A DNA stretch of 64,000 bases, taken from contig OZ024742.1 in assembly GCA_964016885.1 (NCBI GenBank), positions 142,848,001 to 142,912,000 of the forward strand, in the 5' to 3' direction. Each line of letters starts with the position of its first letter. Within the stretch, counting starts at the first letter, position 1. This DNA comes from Eledone cirrhosa. Its lineage: Eukaryota. A model generated the notes under the pieces. That model made no database searches. It was not told the DNA's origin and saw only the letters and a list, made by a program, of their open reading frames with translations. Both the position numbers and the translations under genes were made by a program. Below are positions 37,801-49,800 of this stretch, one piece after another.

Positions 37801-40800
37801 CAGTTATGGCTGGTTTGAACAGAAAGAGGTGAGAGAATTCTGGCCAGATACAACCGATTTAAATGTTAATGGGTTAATTCTTAACATCTTGTACCACATG
37901 AAACTGCATGAGCAAGACATTCTTGTACAAAACAGCATCATGACAACATCACATTAAAAATTAAAGTCATTAATCTAATACTGCAAATTTTTAGAAAGAT
38001 TTGGTCACTAGTGAAGATACTATAAACATTTGAATTAACAAAATCTGTTTTTCAATATTTTCTGCTAAATCATTACAGGATGTTAAGAGCAATGGAAAAT
38101 AAGGTTTTGAACTGATGGGGATTTTGCTGGTGCTTAAATGTTAAAACCTCCTCTAATGACTACATAATTAAGGAGTTTGCTTTGCATGCCTTAGGTTGTG
38201 AATGAAATTTGGTAGATGAATACTGAGCAGAAGCCCATTGTATATGTATAACTATATGTCTGTGTTAGTTTGTATTTTTTAAGTGCCAGACTCCAAAAAA
38301 TAAGCACTGGGGCTGATAAGACTAAATCTCTTCAAAGTGCTACTCCAGCATGGCTGCAATCCAATGACTGAAACCAGTAAAAGAAATGTCAAATTTGTTA
38401 GTTGGTGGTGATTAATTGTTGAAACCTTGTTGAATTAGCATTAAATTGAATATTTCAGTTTTTGTTCAAATCCTGATATGGTAAACTTTACCTTTCATCC
38501 TTCTGAGATTGATAAATATAGCATCATTCCAGGGACAATGAATTGGCAAAATTGTTAAACAGCTGGGTAGGATATTTTGTGGTATTTGATCCAACTCTGC
38601 TTTCTGAGTTTAAATCCCACCTCCTTTTGTCTGGAGTTGTACAGCAATGAAAACACTTTTGCTGATTTGATGCCCAACTCATTCCCTTTTTTTCATGAAC
38701 TTACATCATTGGTTTATTGCAGGTCTTGCACACACCGTGATCGTCGGTTTCCTTACTGGACAGCAGATGCAACTTGGATGTCAATGTGGCCTGTAAATCC
38801 TCTTGCAGTTGGTCAATATGTGAATAACCAAACTGCTGGTAAGTAGGTTTTTTTTAACCCTTTTCATATCAAACCGCTTGAAACTGCTCCTGACAACCTT
38901 TCTAGTGTTGGTGCCAAAATAAAACACTTCCAATATGCCGCAATAAAATACATCCAGTCAACTCTGTAAAGTAATATTACTGGTACCATGATAAAAATTA
39001 CCCAGTCCAATCTGTGAAGTGGTAATGATGACCCTATGAGTACACAGGAGAAACTCCAGAGTAACAAACTTGGCCTTAAAGAAAATATTAATCTCTATTA
39101 AGGTATTGAGTACTTATTCTTGCAACAACCAATACTGTGTGTGTGCGCGTATATTTATATATATTCAAAACAAGGGGCACACAGGAAAAAGACAACGGAA
39201 AAATGGACAGTCCCATCTCTCCAGTCAACTTTGTGAAATGACTACAGTTTGGTACATTAAGGTTGATACTATTTATTCCCGGTGCACATTGGGATGTAAC
39301 AAAACAGATAGAGATAATGATGGGACAAATTATGCCTTTTGGCAAATTACACAGAGACAAAAAAGTACCCCAAGTGCATCAACTGTCAAAGAAGGGAGAC
39401 ATCGGTATGTGAGGACTTATATATACACACACACATATTTCCAAGACATTGCTTAAGGTGCCAGGCAGTGAAACTGAACTTGGAATAATTTGGTTGCGAA
39501 ATGAGCTCATTAACCACCCATCCATGTCTGTGCCTTGAATATATAAATATGTCCAAAATATAATCTCTCTCTCTCTTCTGTTCTAGAGTTTCCTGCTAAT
39601 GTAGCTTACCAGGAATTTGACATCTCACCAGATTTTCCTATACACCTCAGCAGATACCTCCCTTATGTGAAATACAGTAGAGACTTTGAAATAAATAATT
39701 CAGTCAACAGGTATGTTCTTTACTCTTTTAGTTATAGCACCTCCTTCAAAGGATTCAGTTGACCATATTAACACCAGTACTTATTTTATCAATTTCTTTT
39801 TGTCAAACCACTAAGTTTCATGAGAAACAAAGAGTAAATGTTAACATAGACATGCAGAGCTTTCTTTACAGTCTTTGTCTTCCAAATTTCACTCACATGG
39901 CCTCAATCAACCTGAAGACATTTGTCCACGGTACCACACAGTGAAACTGAACCCAAATCCAGATGGTTGCGAAGCAAGCACCTTAACCATACAACCATGC
40001 TTCTGTCTATGCAGGTGCCTATAAATGTGGAACATTTTTCCTAGACAATTGCTAAATACCAACTAGCATATTCCTATTGATGCAGGTATGGCTGTATGGT
40101 TAAATGTGTGTAACATCTTGGAAAAATGTCTTAATAAAGCCTTAGTTTGACCCAAACTTGTGAAAAAGAAAAAAGAAATAATTCAAAATGTTTTAAATCA
40201 CCAATTAGAGATTGCTTTACCATGATTGAAAATACAGTTCCCTGTATTTGAATTTGTAAGAATTGTTTTTTTTAAGAATTTTTTTTTTTTTTTTAATGAC
40301 CATGCTGTAAAATGGAGGGGTAGAGAGGGCCCTTGAGTCTAGTAAGACATCCTCTCTAGTGCTGGTGGCACAAATAAAAGCACCCAGTCCATGCTGTAAA
40401 GTGGCGCTGGTGTTAAGAAGTGCATCCAAATGCCAAAACGCTTATCAGCACAGCAACAAATAGGAACAACAACAAAATATGAAGACGTCGCATCTCAGAG
40501 TTGCAACACTTAATGTTGGCACTCTCAGAGATAGATCTGCTGAAATAGCGGAGATGCTGGAGAGAAAGCAGGTGGATGTGTGCTGCGTGCAAGAGGTGAG
40601 ATGGAGAAGTGCCTCTGCGAGACTAGTCGTAGGCAAACGTCTTAGCTATAAGTTATTCTGGGTAGGTAAGGATGATGGGTTGGGGGAGTAGGCATTTTCC
40701 TGGCTGAGAAATGGATCAATAAGACAATAGAGGTAGTTCGAGTTAGTAATCAAATAATTAAGCTTAGATTAGTTGTAGGCAGGAGACTACTGACAATCAT

Positions 40801-43800
40801 CTCGGCCTCTGCTCCCCAAGCAGGCCTAGGCAAAGATGAGAAAGACTGCTTTTATGAGCAACATTTACAAACAACCGCAATGACAGAAGACGGAGACATC
40901 GTTATGCTAGCAGGAGACTTCAATGGTCATGTTGGACAGCTCCAGGATGATTACACTGGGCTACATGGCAGTTACGGTTCAAGAAATGAAGGAGTGAGAC
41001 TTCTTGAATTTTGTGATGCAGGTACATTGACTATTTGCAACACAAACTTCCAGAAACCTGCCAATCACCTAATAATCTACAAATCAGGTGAGCACATAAG
41101 CCAGATTGACTTCTTACTAGTTAGGCAGCGGGACAGGCAGATAGTGTCTAATACCAAGGCATACCCTGAGGAAGAATGTACGCCACAGCATAGGTTAGTT
41201 GTTAGTGATATCTCAGTAAGCAAGAGATGGAATGAGACATATAGGAAGGTGTGGAGAAGAAAGGTCTGGAAGCTAAAAGACCTTTCACTAAAATACAAAT
41301 TTAGGAAAGCCCTTCAAGATGTATATGACGAAAAAGAAGACGATTTAGAGACGTATGACATAGATAATAACTGGAATTTCTTACGTGACAACTTGCTGCA
41401 GGCTACTGATGAAACTTGTGGCTGGAGCAGAGCTCCAACCAGACAGAGAGTGACCTGGTGGTGGAACAGCACAGTAGATAAGGCTATTAGAGACAAAAGA
41501 CTAGCATGGAACGCTTGGAAAAAGGGTGGGAGTAGGGAAGAATATACAGCCACTAAGAGAGAAGCTAGACGTCGGGTGTACTTAGCACGCAGGGAGGCAG
41601 AGAGTAGGAGGTTTGCCAGTGTTCTGCGACGGGAAGATCAGAAGCGTGCGGTGTTCCACATTGCAAGGCAGTGTGTCAATGCAAATCAGGATGTTGGAGA
41701 TAAATGTGTCCGGGATGATGCCGGTGTACTTAGTGTCACGAATGATCAGAAAAAGGAGGCCTGGAAATGTCATTATGAGAGACTGATGAATGTGGAGAAC
41801 AAATGGGAGAGAGAGAAATTACCCTTGGTAGATCCAACAGAGGGACCAGCTATTGAGATTGACGAATATAGGGTCCAAGAGGCGATTAGGGAAATGAAAA
41901 ATGGTAAGGCTGCCGGACCATCGGGAATAGTTGCTGAGATGAAGGCATCAGGGGACGTAGGCACTAAACTGGTTGCACGCATCATCAATCAGGCTATATA
42001 TGGTGGTGTCATACCCAAAGACTGGTGCAGCAGTATTCTCATAAATTGCTACAAAGGTAAAGGAGATGCTCTGGAGAGGAGCAATTATAGGGGTATAAAA
42101 CTGATAGATCAGGTTATGAAAGTGGCAGAAAGGATTTTAGCACAACTAATTAGAGAAAGAGTCAAACTAGATGAGATGCAGTTTGGTTTTGTGCCTGGGA
42201 AGAGTACAACAGATGCCCTCTTCTTGGTGAGACAATTGCAGGAGAGGTTCTTAGAGAAGAATAAGCCACTATACTTAGCCTTTGTTGACCTAGAGAAGGC
42301 CTTTGATAGGTTACCCCAATCTGTCATCTGGTGGTCCCTAAGGAAGCTAGGTTGTGAGGACAGTGCAAACTTTGTACAGAGGTACTCTCAGTAAAGTCAG
42401 GGTAGGAATGGAGTTTAGTGAGGAATTCCAGATACAAGTAGGAGTACATCAGGGTTCGGTCCTCAGCCCACTCTTGTTCATTATAGTCCTCCAAGCCATA
42501 ACAGAGGAGTTTAAGACTGGCTGTCCATGGGAACTTCTCTATGCTGACAATCTGGTTCTTATAGCAGAATCAGTAGAGGAACTAGAGAATAAATTCTGGC
42601 TATGGAAACAGCAGTTGGAAGCAAGAGGACTGAGAGTGAACCTAGCTAAGACAAAAGTGTTGAGTAGAAAAGAGGACAAAACCCTGATTCCGTCAGGGAA
42701 ATGGCCATGTTCGATATGCAGAAAAGGAACTGGCATAAATTCTATAAAATGCACACAATGCAGATCCTGGGTACACAAGAGATGTAGCGGGATAGCAGGC
42801 AAACTAACAGGTAGGGAGAAATATGTATGCAGTAGATGTACAGGGAAATTAGACAGTAGATGTCGCATTGATAGACACATTTTTCAAATGCAGGAGGGCG
42901 CTATAGAAGTGGTGGATAGCTTCCGGTACCTCGGAGATCAGATTAGCATGGGAGGAGGGTGTTCCGAGGCCATAGTATCTAGAATAAGGACGGGTTGGAA
43001 GAAGTTTAGGGAGCTGCTTCCTCTGTTGACGAAGAAGGGTTTCTCCCTGCGTACAAAAGGCCGGTTGTATGATGCCTGTGTGAGGAGCGTGATGCTGCAT
43101 GGTAGTGAGACATGGGCAGCAACTGCAGAGGATATGCGACGGCTAGAGAGAGAAATGAGGCAAGCATGCTCCGTTGGATGTGCAGTGTAAATGTGCGTGA
43201 ACGACCCAGCATAAATGTGTTGAGAGGGATAGAATGTAGTGTACGGGAGAGGAGACTGAGGTGGTATGGACATGTGATGCGCATGGAGGATGACCGATGG
43301 GTGAAGAAGTGCCAGGAAATGCCAGTTGAAGGAAGACGTGGTAGAGGTAGACCACGAAAAACATGGGCGGAGGTGGTGAGAACAGACCTTAGATCATTGA
43401 AGCTCACGGTGGAGATGACGAAGGACCGTGACGAGTGGAGAGATGCTGTGCTGAATAAGACCCGTCCCACCCTTGCAAGCAGGGAAAAGCGGACGTAAAA
43501 TGATGATGATGATGATGATGTTAGAGCATCAGACAAAATTCCTTAGTCAAAGCCCTTTAGTGTTTATAGTTTAAAATGGGTACACCATATCCCTGCATGC
43601 CATACACGATAAGAAAAGGGGTTAGTGCCACAAAGGGTATTCAGCTGTAAATCATTGTCTTAATTCCTGCTCTAGCAAGGAAAGTAGCCTTAAAACACAT
43701 CTTGTTGATTTTGCATTCTGAAGTCAAGACTGCCTTTCATCCTTCCGAGGATAATAAAATAAATTACCAGTCAAGAATTTCTATATTTTCATTTTCAGGC

Positions 43801-44557
43801 AATCCTTCGTCTTATATCAGTTCTTCTGTGACAAGAAGCTGCTAACCCTTTAAAACGCTTGTTCTGGTTGTTGCAGATTTATTTGTTTATGTTTAACATC
43901 ATTGTAAAAATTAGTTTAGTTATTAACCCTTTTAATACCAGACCACTTAAAAATGCCCGTAGTTCTATGATACAAAGCAGTTTATTTATGAAGTGTTTAA
44001 ATTTATCTAAAAATCTTCCATCATAATTTTATGTTTCAAACACCAAGTTTATTAATGATGTCATATTACTAAATCCTTCCAAATCTTGATTATTTTAAAT
44101 TATAGTGTCTTTCATTACAAATATGGTAATAAAAGGGTTAATAGTGAAATTGATTTATTTGTAATTGACTGCTTTAAATCAACAATATATTAGTCATTCT
44201 TTTTTTTTTTTTATCAGTTGTAGGTTTTTTCTTAATGTTTAAAATCATTCCAAATATTACCTTAGTCATTATAACAACAAGCATTTTAAGGTCACCTTTT
44301 CCTTGCCAAAGAAGGGCTTGCTTTCTGAGGCAATGTTTTATGGTGAGACACTCTTCCTTTGCCTACACTTTTAGTCACCTTTTATGGCATGCAAGGATAC
44401 TGTATACCTATTCTTAGTCATTAATGGTAAATTTATATTTTTGTATTTGTACAGGTTATTACGAGCTGTTGCACTTGTTTCACTTCGTTCTATCAATACT
44501 GGAGAAGAATTGTTTTCAACATATTTCACAGTTATTAAGAAAAGTCACCAACAATAA
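25717..44557 (+). CDS. SETD9: SET domain-containing protein 9 (C5orf35 family), spliced, complete, 295 aa
   Basis: join(25717..25802,30032..30366,31888..32011,38723..38838,39587..39710,44455..44557) = 888 nt. Motifs WRQYRHRFTPW, AGGGVFVTKG..LYPG, FIFRCADQIHIDGNDRG, NPLAVGQYVNN, ANVAYQEFD, GEELFSTY match SETD9 as recalled. Confidence 0.95.
26310..26780 (+). mobile_element. CRE-type RLE LINE 3' relic
   Basis: RHNKLNLIIKQVLTKVNIPSAIEHAGLSRIDEKRHDDLT resembles the RH..GKRPDG RLE motif. Confidence 0.65.
27206..29916 (-). mobile_element. CR1/Jockey-group LINE ORF2 (degenerate) in SETD9 intron 1
   Basis: [64 protein letters not shown]; (ATT)n tail. Confidence 0.92.
30032..30366 (+). CDS. SETD9: SETD9 exon 2
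   Basis: TKRLVESHQSDKLMPD...LGFTLERKSSSLSEAGGGVFVTKGSIPANTFVCLYP. Confidence 0.95.
31888..32011 (+). CDS. SETD9: SETD9 exon 3
   Basis: AIYRVHDPLFFQSLKNQFIFRCADQIHIDGNDRGLSKLIF. Confidence 0.95.
32680..36801 (+). mobile_element. RTE-clade LINE, same family, more degenerate, in SETD9 intron 3; interrupted by a hAT MITE
   Basis: Collinear with 40298-43519; YADD intact; same 3' tail; 5' boundary approximate. Confidence 0.92.
35136..35862. mobile_element. Non-autonomous hAT (Charlie/Buster-like) element inserted in RTE RT
   Basis: TIRs CACAGGTTCTCAAC / GTTGAGAACCTTTG; 8-bp TSD TTTTAGCA / TTTTAGTA; RT reading LVLLA|ESVEE resumes after it. Confidence 0.85.
36939..37284 (-). mobile_element. SINE family A copy nested in a family B SINE
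   Basis: Reverse-complement match to 46952-47296. Confidence 0.88.
38723..38838 (+). CDS. SETD9: SETD9 exon 4
   Basis: SCTHRDRRFPYWTADATWMSMWPVNPLAVGQYVNNQTA. Confidence 0.95.
39587..39710 (+). CDS. SETD9: SETD9 exon 5
   Basis: FPANVAYQEFDISPDFPIHLSRYLPYVKYSRDFEINNSVN. Confidence 0.93.
40298..43519 (+). mobile_element. RTE-clade LINE, near full length, in SETD9 intron 5
   Basis: APE endonuclease (VATLNVGTL, VQEVRW, GDFNGHVG, SQIDF); RT (FVDLEKAFD, QGSVLSP, YADN); few frameshifts; (GAT)n tail; 5' boundary approximate. Confidence 0.93.
43927..44137. mobile_element. piggyBac-like MITE (representative copy)
   Basis: TTAA|CCCTTT...AAAGGG|TTAA; relatives near 4070-4300, 13190-13445, 31140-31390, 45805-46135, 46210-46491, 56400-56522. 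Confidence 0.75.
44455..44557 (+). CDS. SETD9: SETD9 exon 6 (last coding)
   Basis: LLRAVALVSLRSINTGEELFSTYFTVIKKSHQQ*. Confidence 0.93.
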
Positions 44558-46257
44558 TTTGCCCTTGCAAACTCTTCATTTAACATCTATTTTCCCTGCT
44601 AGCAAGGGTTGGACAACAGAACTGTTTCTTATTATTTGCTCTTGTCTTGATACATGCTTCAGATCACTGCATAAGATTGTTGTTTATTTACATATTTCAA
44701 AAACGTTTTCTGTTGAAATCTTCATTGTATCTTGTGGCTAAACAAGCCAAGATAATAAAGAATCAGTTACTTTACATTTAGGGACAATACATGTTCCTAT
44801 TTTAAGCTTTAAAAAAACCCAGCAGCACAGGAGGTCAACTAGAAGGCATGACATCTTCACAGTAGAATGACACTTCTTTCCCACCTTTGACGACGGTCAG
44901 CACGATAAATAACCTAAATGCTGAGTGGGTGTGGTCACCATTTGTCAGACACATTTTCCCCCAGTGCATCTCTTTGACAGAACTGCAGTCCTAGGTCAAA
45001 TGAAGACCGTGACAAGCTGCTTGATATTTGTAATGTTGTTAAGTGCTCACAGCCCTCTACCAGATCCAACAACATTGGGTTTAACAAAGTGTATGAATTG
45101 GAGGAAGTCAACCTATGCAATATGTGGATAGACACAAAAAATAAAAGTTACTAGCAAGAGGGTCATGGGAGCAGAACCCTCAAAAACCCCTTCCAGCAGA
45201 TTCTGTCAGAAGCAACTGTCTCCAACTGATTTGGCTGGATTCCCAAGCAAGACCAGCTGAATTTATAGATCGACCATCTTACTCTGGGTCTCCTGCTGGT
45301 TAGTTTTGCCTGTAAAATCTATCCAGTGAGTCTTTCCTGGAACATTTCAATTCGGAAAAGTAGTGGCTCTACTTGGAGTAATTCTCTGATCTCCAAGCTC
45401 TTCACTTTATCAAGCAACATTACTCCAAACAAAATATAAAATACTTTTTGTTTGGAAGGTGTCACTACTTTTATTTATGAACCCACTGAAGAAATGCTTA
45501 GGGAGTATTTCATTGATCCCTGGGAAATATATAATGCTTGGTGAGCAAGCAAAACTGTGGGATGTTCTGACTAGACTCAACTAGTGGGTTTCTGCCAATA
45601 TGTGGGAGAGTAACCCTAAATGTTTTTGTTTAACATTATATCTTGGGTTAATTATTGTTTTATAATATTTTGATACTTATTGCATGTTTTATCAAATTTA
45701 TCATTTTATTGTATAACATCCTTGTACCAACCCTGCGTTTATTGTAACCCATATGTTTATGGTGTGAGCTCTTGTGGCTAAAGATATTATCAGAAGTAAG
45801 ATTATTAGCCCTTTTGATATCATCCTGCTTCTGATATTATGTTACAAAATTACCCATTTTAAAGTGTTCATATCTTATTTATAAACCTTCCACCATAATT
45901 TTCTGTAAGAAGTTTTTGTTAACCACTTTGATACAAAACTGTTTATTTTAAGGGACTTATATCTAAAAACTTTACATCATAATTATGTGCTATTACACAA
46001 TTGTTCTGCTGCATGCCATAAAAAAGAAGTGTGGGGACAGTGGCTTAATTTTATTAAATATTCAATTATTTACAAAATTAATTGAAATACATAGGCAGTG
46101 TATTTCCGTAGAAATATGGTAACAAAAAGTTAAAATAAAAGACAAAAGATTCTAGTTTAACATATATAAAACTCATTTATTTTACCACATATCAAATTAT
46201 GATGCTTAACCCTTTCAATACCAACTTCTCTTATATAAAACCTTTTGATAAGTTATA

Positions 46258-46400
46258 CAGTTAAAATTCCGTTATAACGAAATGTTTTTCAATCCCCGGC
46301 CACACACTCAATGTGTTAGGTTGATCTCGTTATAAAGAATGTTTTGTTACAACAAATTTTTTTTAAACTCCGTAAATTTTGTTATAACGGAATTTCACTG
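46258..46400. mobile_element. pogo/Tigger-like MITE nested in a piggyBac-like MITE
   Basis: TA|CAGTTAAAATTCCGTTATAAC...GTTATAACGGAATTTCACTG|TA. Confidence 0.8.
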
Positions 46401-46826
46401 TATTTCAAACGTGAAATTAATAACAAATGTAGTTATTTTCAAAATTAAGTCATCGACAGTATATCTCATTAGAAATATACTCTTGAAGGGGTTAAACTGA
46501 CAATTTTTTTCCCCCTTTCATTTAAGTAGCTGTAGCTTATGTAAAAGTATTTCATCATTATGATCCAGACTTTAAATAAATATATCCATGTGAAAAACAG
46601 TTAGGTGAATAATATGCCCCCAAAAGATGTCTAATGTTTCTTATCACTTCCAGAGATCAAAGATAAAAAAATTCATGTGATATTAATTGAAGACTTGTAA
46701 AAAAAATGTAAATAAAAACCAGATTCTTATTTACAGTGATGGTAGTGGATAAAGAAACAATGCAGAATTTCTAGAGCAATTCCTGAAATCTTTGAAATGT
46801 GTTGGGTTTGCCAAAAATTTTCATGT

Positions 46827-46891
46827 CTAAAGTTCATCAGATTCAGTTTTGTGACTGATGCTGTTCAGAACATTTTTCATAGTTGTTACCA
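46827..46891 (-). CDS. TXNDC12: TXNDC12 exon 7 (last coding)
   Basis: VVTTMKNVLNSISHKTESDEL*. Confidence 0.93.
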
Positions 46892-49800
46892 CTAAAATTA
46901 AAAATAAATACATTTTTAGAATTTAAAACACAAATATTTATATATATATATGGAGGCACATGGCTTAGTGGTTAGAGCATTGGCCTTGCAATCGAAAGGT
47001 TCAGAGTTCAATTCTCAGACCGGGTGATGTGTTGTTTCCTTGAGCAAGACACTTTATTTCACATTGCTCCAGTTTACTCAGCTGTAGAAATGAGATGATA
47101 GGGGCTGGGGTCCATATCATTCCACTGCAAAGTGGTTGTGGAGGTGCCACGGCAAAAAAGCACCCAGCACTCACTGTAAATGAGGTTGGTGTTAGGAAGG
47201 GCATTCAGCTGTAGAAATCAAGCCAGAATCAATTCCCGTCCCACCCTTGCAAGCAGGGAAAAAGCGGACGTAAAATGAAATGAAATGAATGAATGATATA
47301 TATATATCATCATCTCTGTTTAACATCCATTTTCCATGAGTTAGACAAGTTGCCTTGTTGTGAGACAATTCAAGTCAGATGACTGTCTTTCTCATGCAGA
47401 ACTGTTTCTGGTTTGGTTTCTAAGGCTGGATGCCCTTCCTAACACTAATTTACAATGTAGACTGGGTGCTTTTTATCGTGGCACCAACACAAGCCTTATG
47501 AATGGTAAACAAAAACTGTTTGGAAGCCTGTCAGATGGACTCTACCTATAATTCAAAGGGCCAGCCTTGTCATGCTGAATCCCCGTAGGAATTACTCAGC
47601 CGTTTTGACGTTAATTTCATCTACAGGCTGTTCCATTGATTGAACAACTGGGGCACTCATTGTTGAAATCGACGGAGGTCGATTTCAATATTGTGTTTGT
47701 CACAACATATATTCAAGTGTTATACTTTCTAGATCAACTCTCTTTGCTATACTCACTAGTATTGAGTGCTCATTCAATTAATGTTTGAATTTTTTAGATA
47801 CTATGACATTTTAAACATGCATTATAATATATATATATCACCATCACCATTTAATGGCTATTTTCTATGCTGCATGGATTAGATAGACTATCACATTATG
47901 TGGCTAGACAGGTCAGATGACCACTTTTTGCTCATAAGATTTTTTTTTTTTTTTTTGCCTGCTTTTCTACAGCTAGATACACTTAAAAGTATGTACTGGG
48001 AGCTTTTAGCATTACCACCTTACAGGGTATATATGTATAAACACATACACATAATGAAATAAGTGGAAAATAGGACAAACAGGCGAAAAAACTGGGGAAC
48101 ATTAAACATTTAATTCATATATTCCAATGCAACATAGTATTCTATCATCTCTGACTTTTGGTTTACTATATATTAATATGTATATATATATATTATACTC
48201 CACAAATATTACTGTAAAACATTGGATTATGTATTAGTGTAGTTAAAACACTATGTTATCTTAGAAAAGAGGTATTAAAAATCATAAAATTAGCCTCACC
48301 TTGTGATATTGCAGGGTAATAATATTTATAGTTAGGATTTCCTTCTTTGTTATAGAAATCAATCATTACTTTACCATTGCTATCTGAAAATAATAAAACA
48401 GAAGCTATGAAAAAATTTGTGTCTGGTTTGGAATAAGTACACATTGTGTCTGTGTTTTATCCGAGGTAACATAAAGGGTTAATGTCAGGAAGGGCATCTA
48501 GCCATAAAACATTGCCTAAAAAAAAAAGGAACCTATGAGGATCTACAAGGCTAACCTGTGCTCTTGCAGGGAAAATAACTTTAAAATGTTTGGGAGAAAT
48601 AAAAATATTTTTTCCATTAGTAATAAGAATGTTAGTAATTCTAATGACTATCAAATTTCATCAAGAGTTGTTTTTGTTTTATTGTTCAGTCAGGGAGGGA
48701 AAGTCAGCATCCCTGGCCCCTTTCAGGGCCTTTGAGATTGGTTAGGAAGGTATTCTCAAACTAGAAACCTGGCCAAAATGTTTACAACACTAAAGTCATC
48801 CAAGGACCAAGTGATGATGTTAAATCTGGTGGCGGATTAAATCTACTAACGAAGTATGTCACATTGGGATTTGAGCTCAGATTGCAAAGAGTCAACAAAT
48901 ACAGTAAAGCATCTTGTCCAATACCCTAACAATTTCACATGTCTTTCACCCTTCACTGGTACAGAAGGACGAAAGTCAAAATTGACCTCAGTTGGATTTG
49001 AATTCAGAATAAATAATAGTTTCTAATTTTGGTACAAGGCCAGCAATTTTAGGGAGGAAGGGAAAATCGATTATATTAACCCTAGTACCTAACTGATTTT
49101 AATTTTTATCAATCCCAGATGGATGAAAGGCAGAGTTGATCACAGTGGGGTTTTGAACTAAAGAATCAGAACAAATACTGCTAAGCATTTGTGAAATACT
49201 CTAATGACTTTGCCAATCCACTACCAGAATAAATATGCCCAGTATTTTGTCCAACATTCCAACAGTCTGTCTATTTGTCACCTAATAAAAACACAAAACC
49301 AAAATTATTTTTGTATAGCAATAGTGATATTTATCTTTAACCATTTAGTATTTACATTACTCTATATATACTTTTGTATTTTCATGGCTTTAACTCACAT
49401 AATATTGAATCTATGAGATTTTGATATATATTTTGAGAACAATACCTTAACATCAGTATGAGCAGCTGGTTTGAACAGAAAGAGGTGGGAGAATTCTGAC
49501 CGGATACAGCTGGTTTAAATATCTTATGAATTCAGTTATTATTTAGAAATATTATAAGAAAATCTTAAAAGGCACAGGTGTGACTAATGCCTTATGCGTG
49601 AAATTTGGTAGGTAGAAACTGTGCAGAAGCCCATCATGTGTGTGTGTGTTTCAGTGTCTTTCCATGTTTATGTACCATAACGTAATGATTCAACAAATAG
49701 AGATCAATAAAATATTACCATAATATATGCAATGGGGTCAACATGATCAACTAATCCCTTGAAAGCAGTACCCTGACACAACCACAGTCTAAGACTGAAA

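Noticed and set aside
40880-43190. 504- and 278-aa ORFs as an active LINE or host gene
   Set aside because: RTE ORF broken by frameshifts and with YADD changed to YADN; this copy is not autonomous
46952-47025. tRNA-like sequence with A and B boxes
   Set aside because: Head of a multi-copy SINE with no closing acceptor stem; not a tRNA gene
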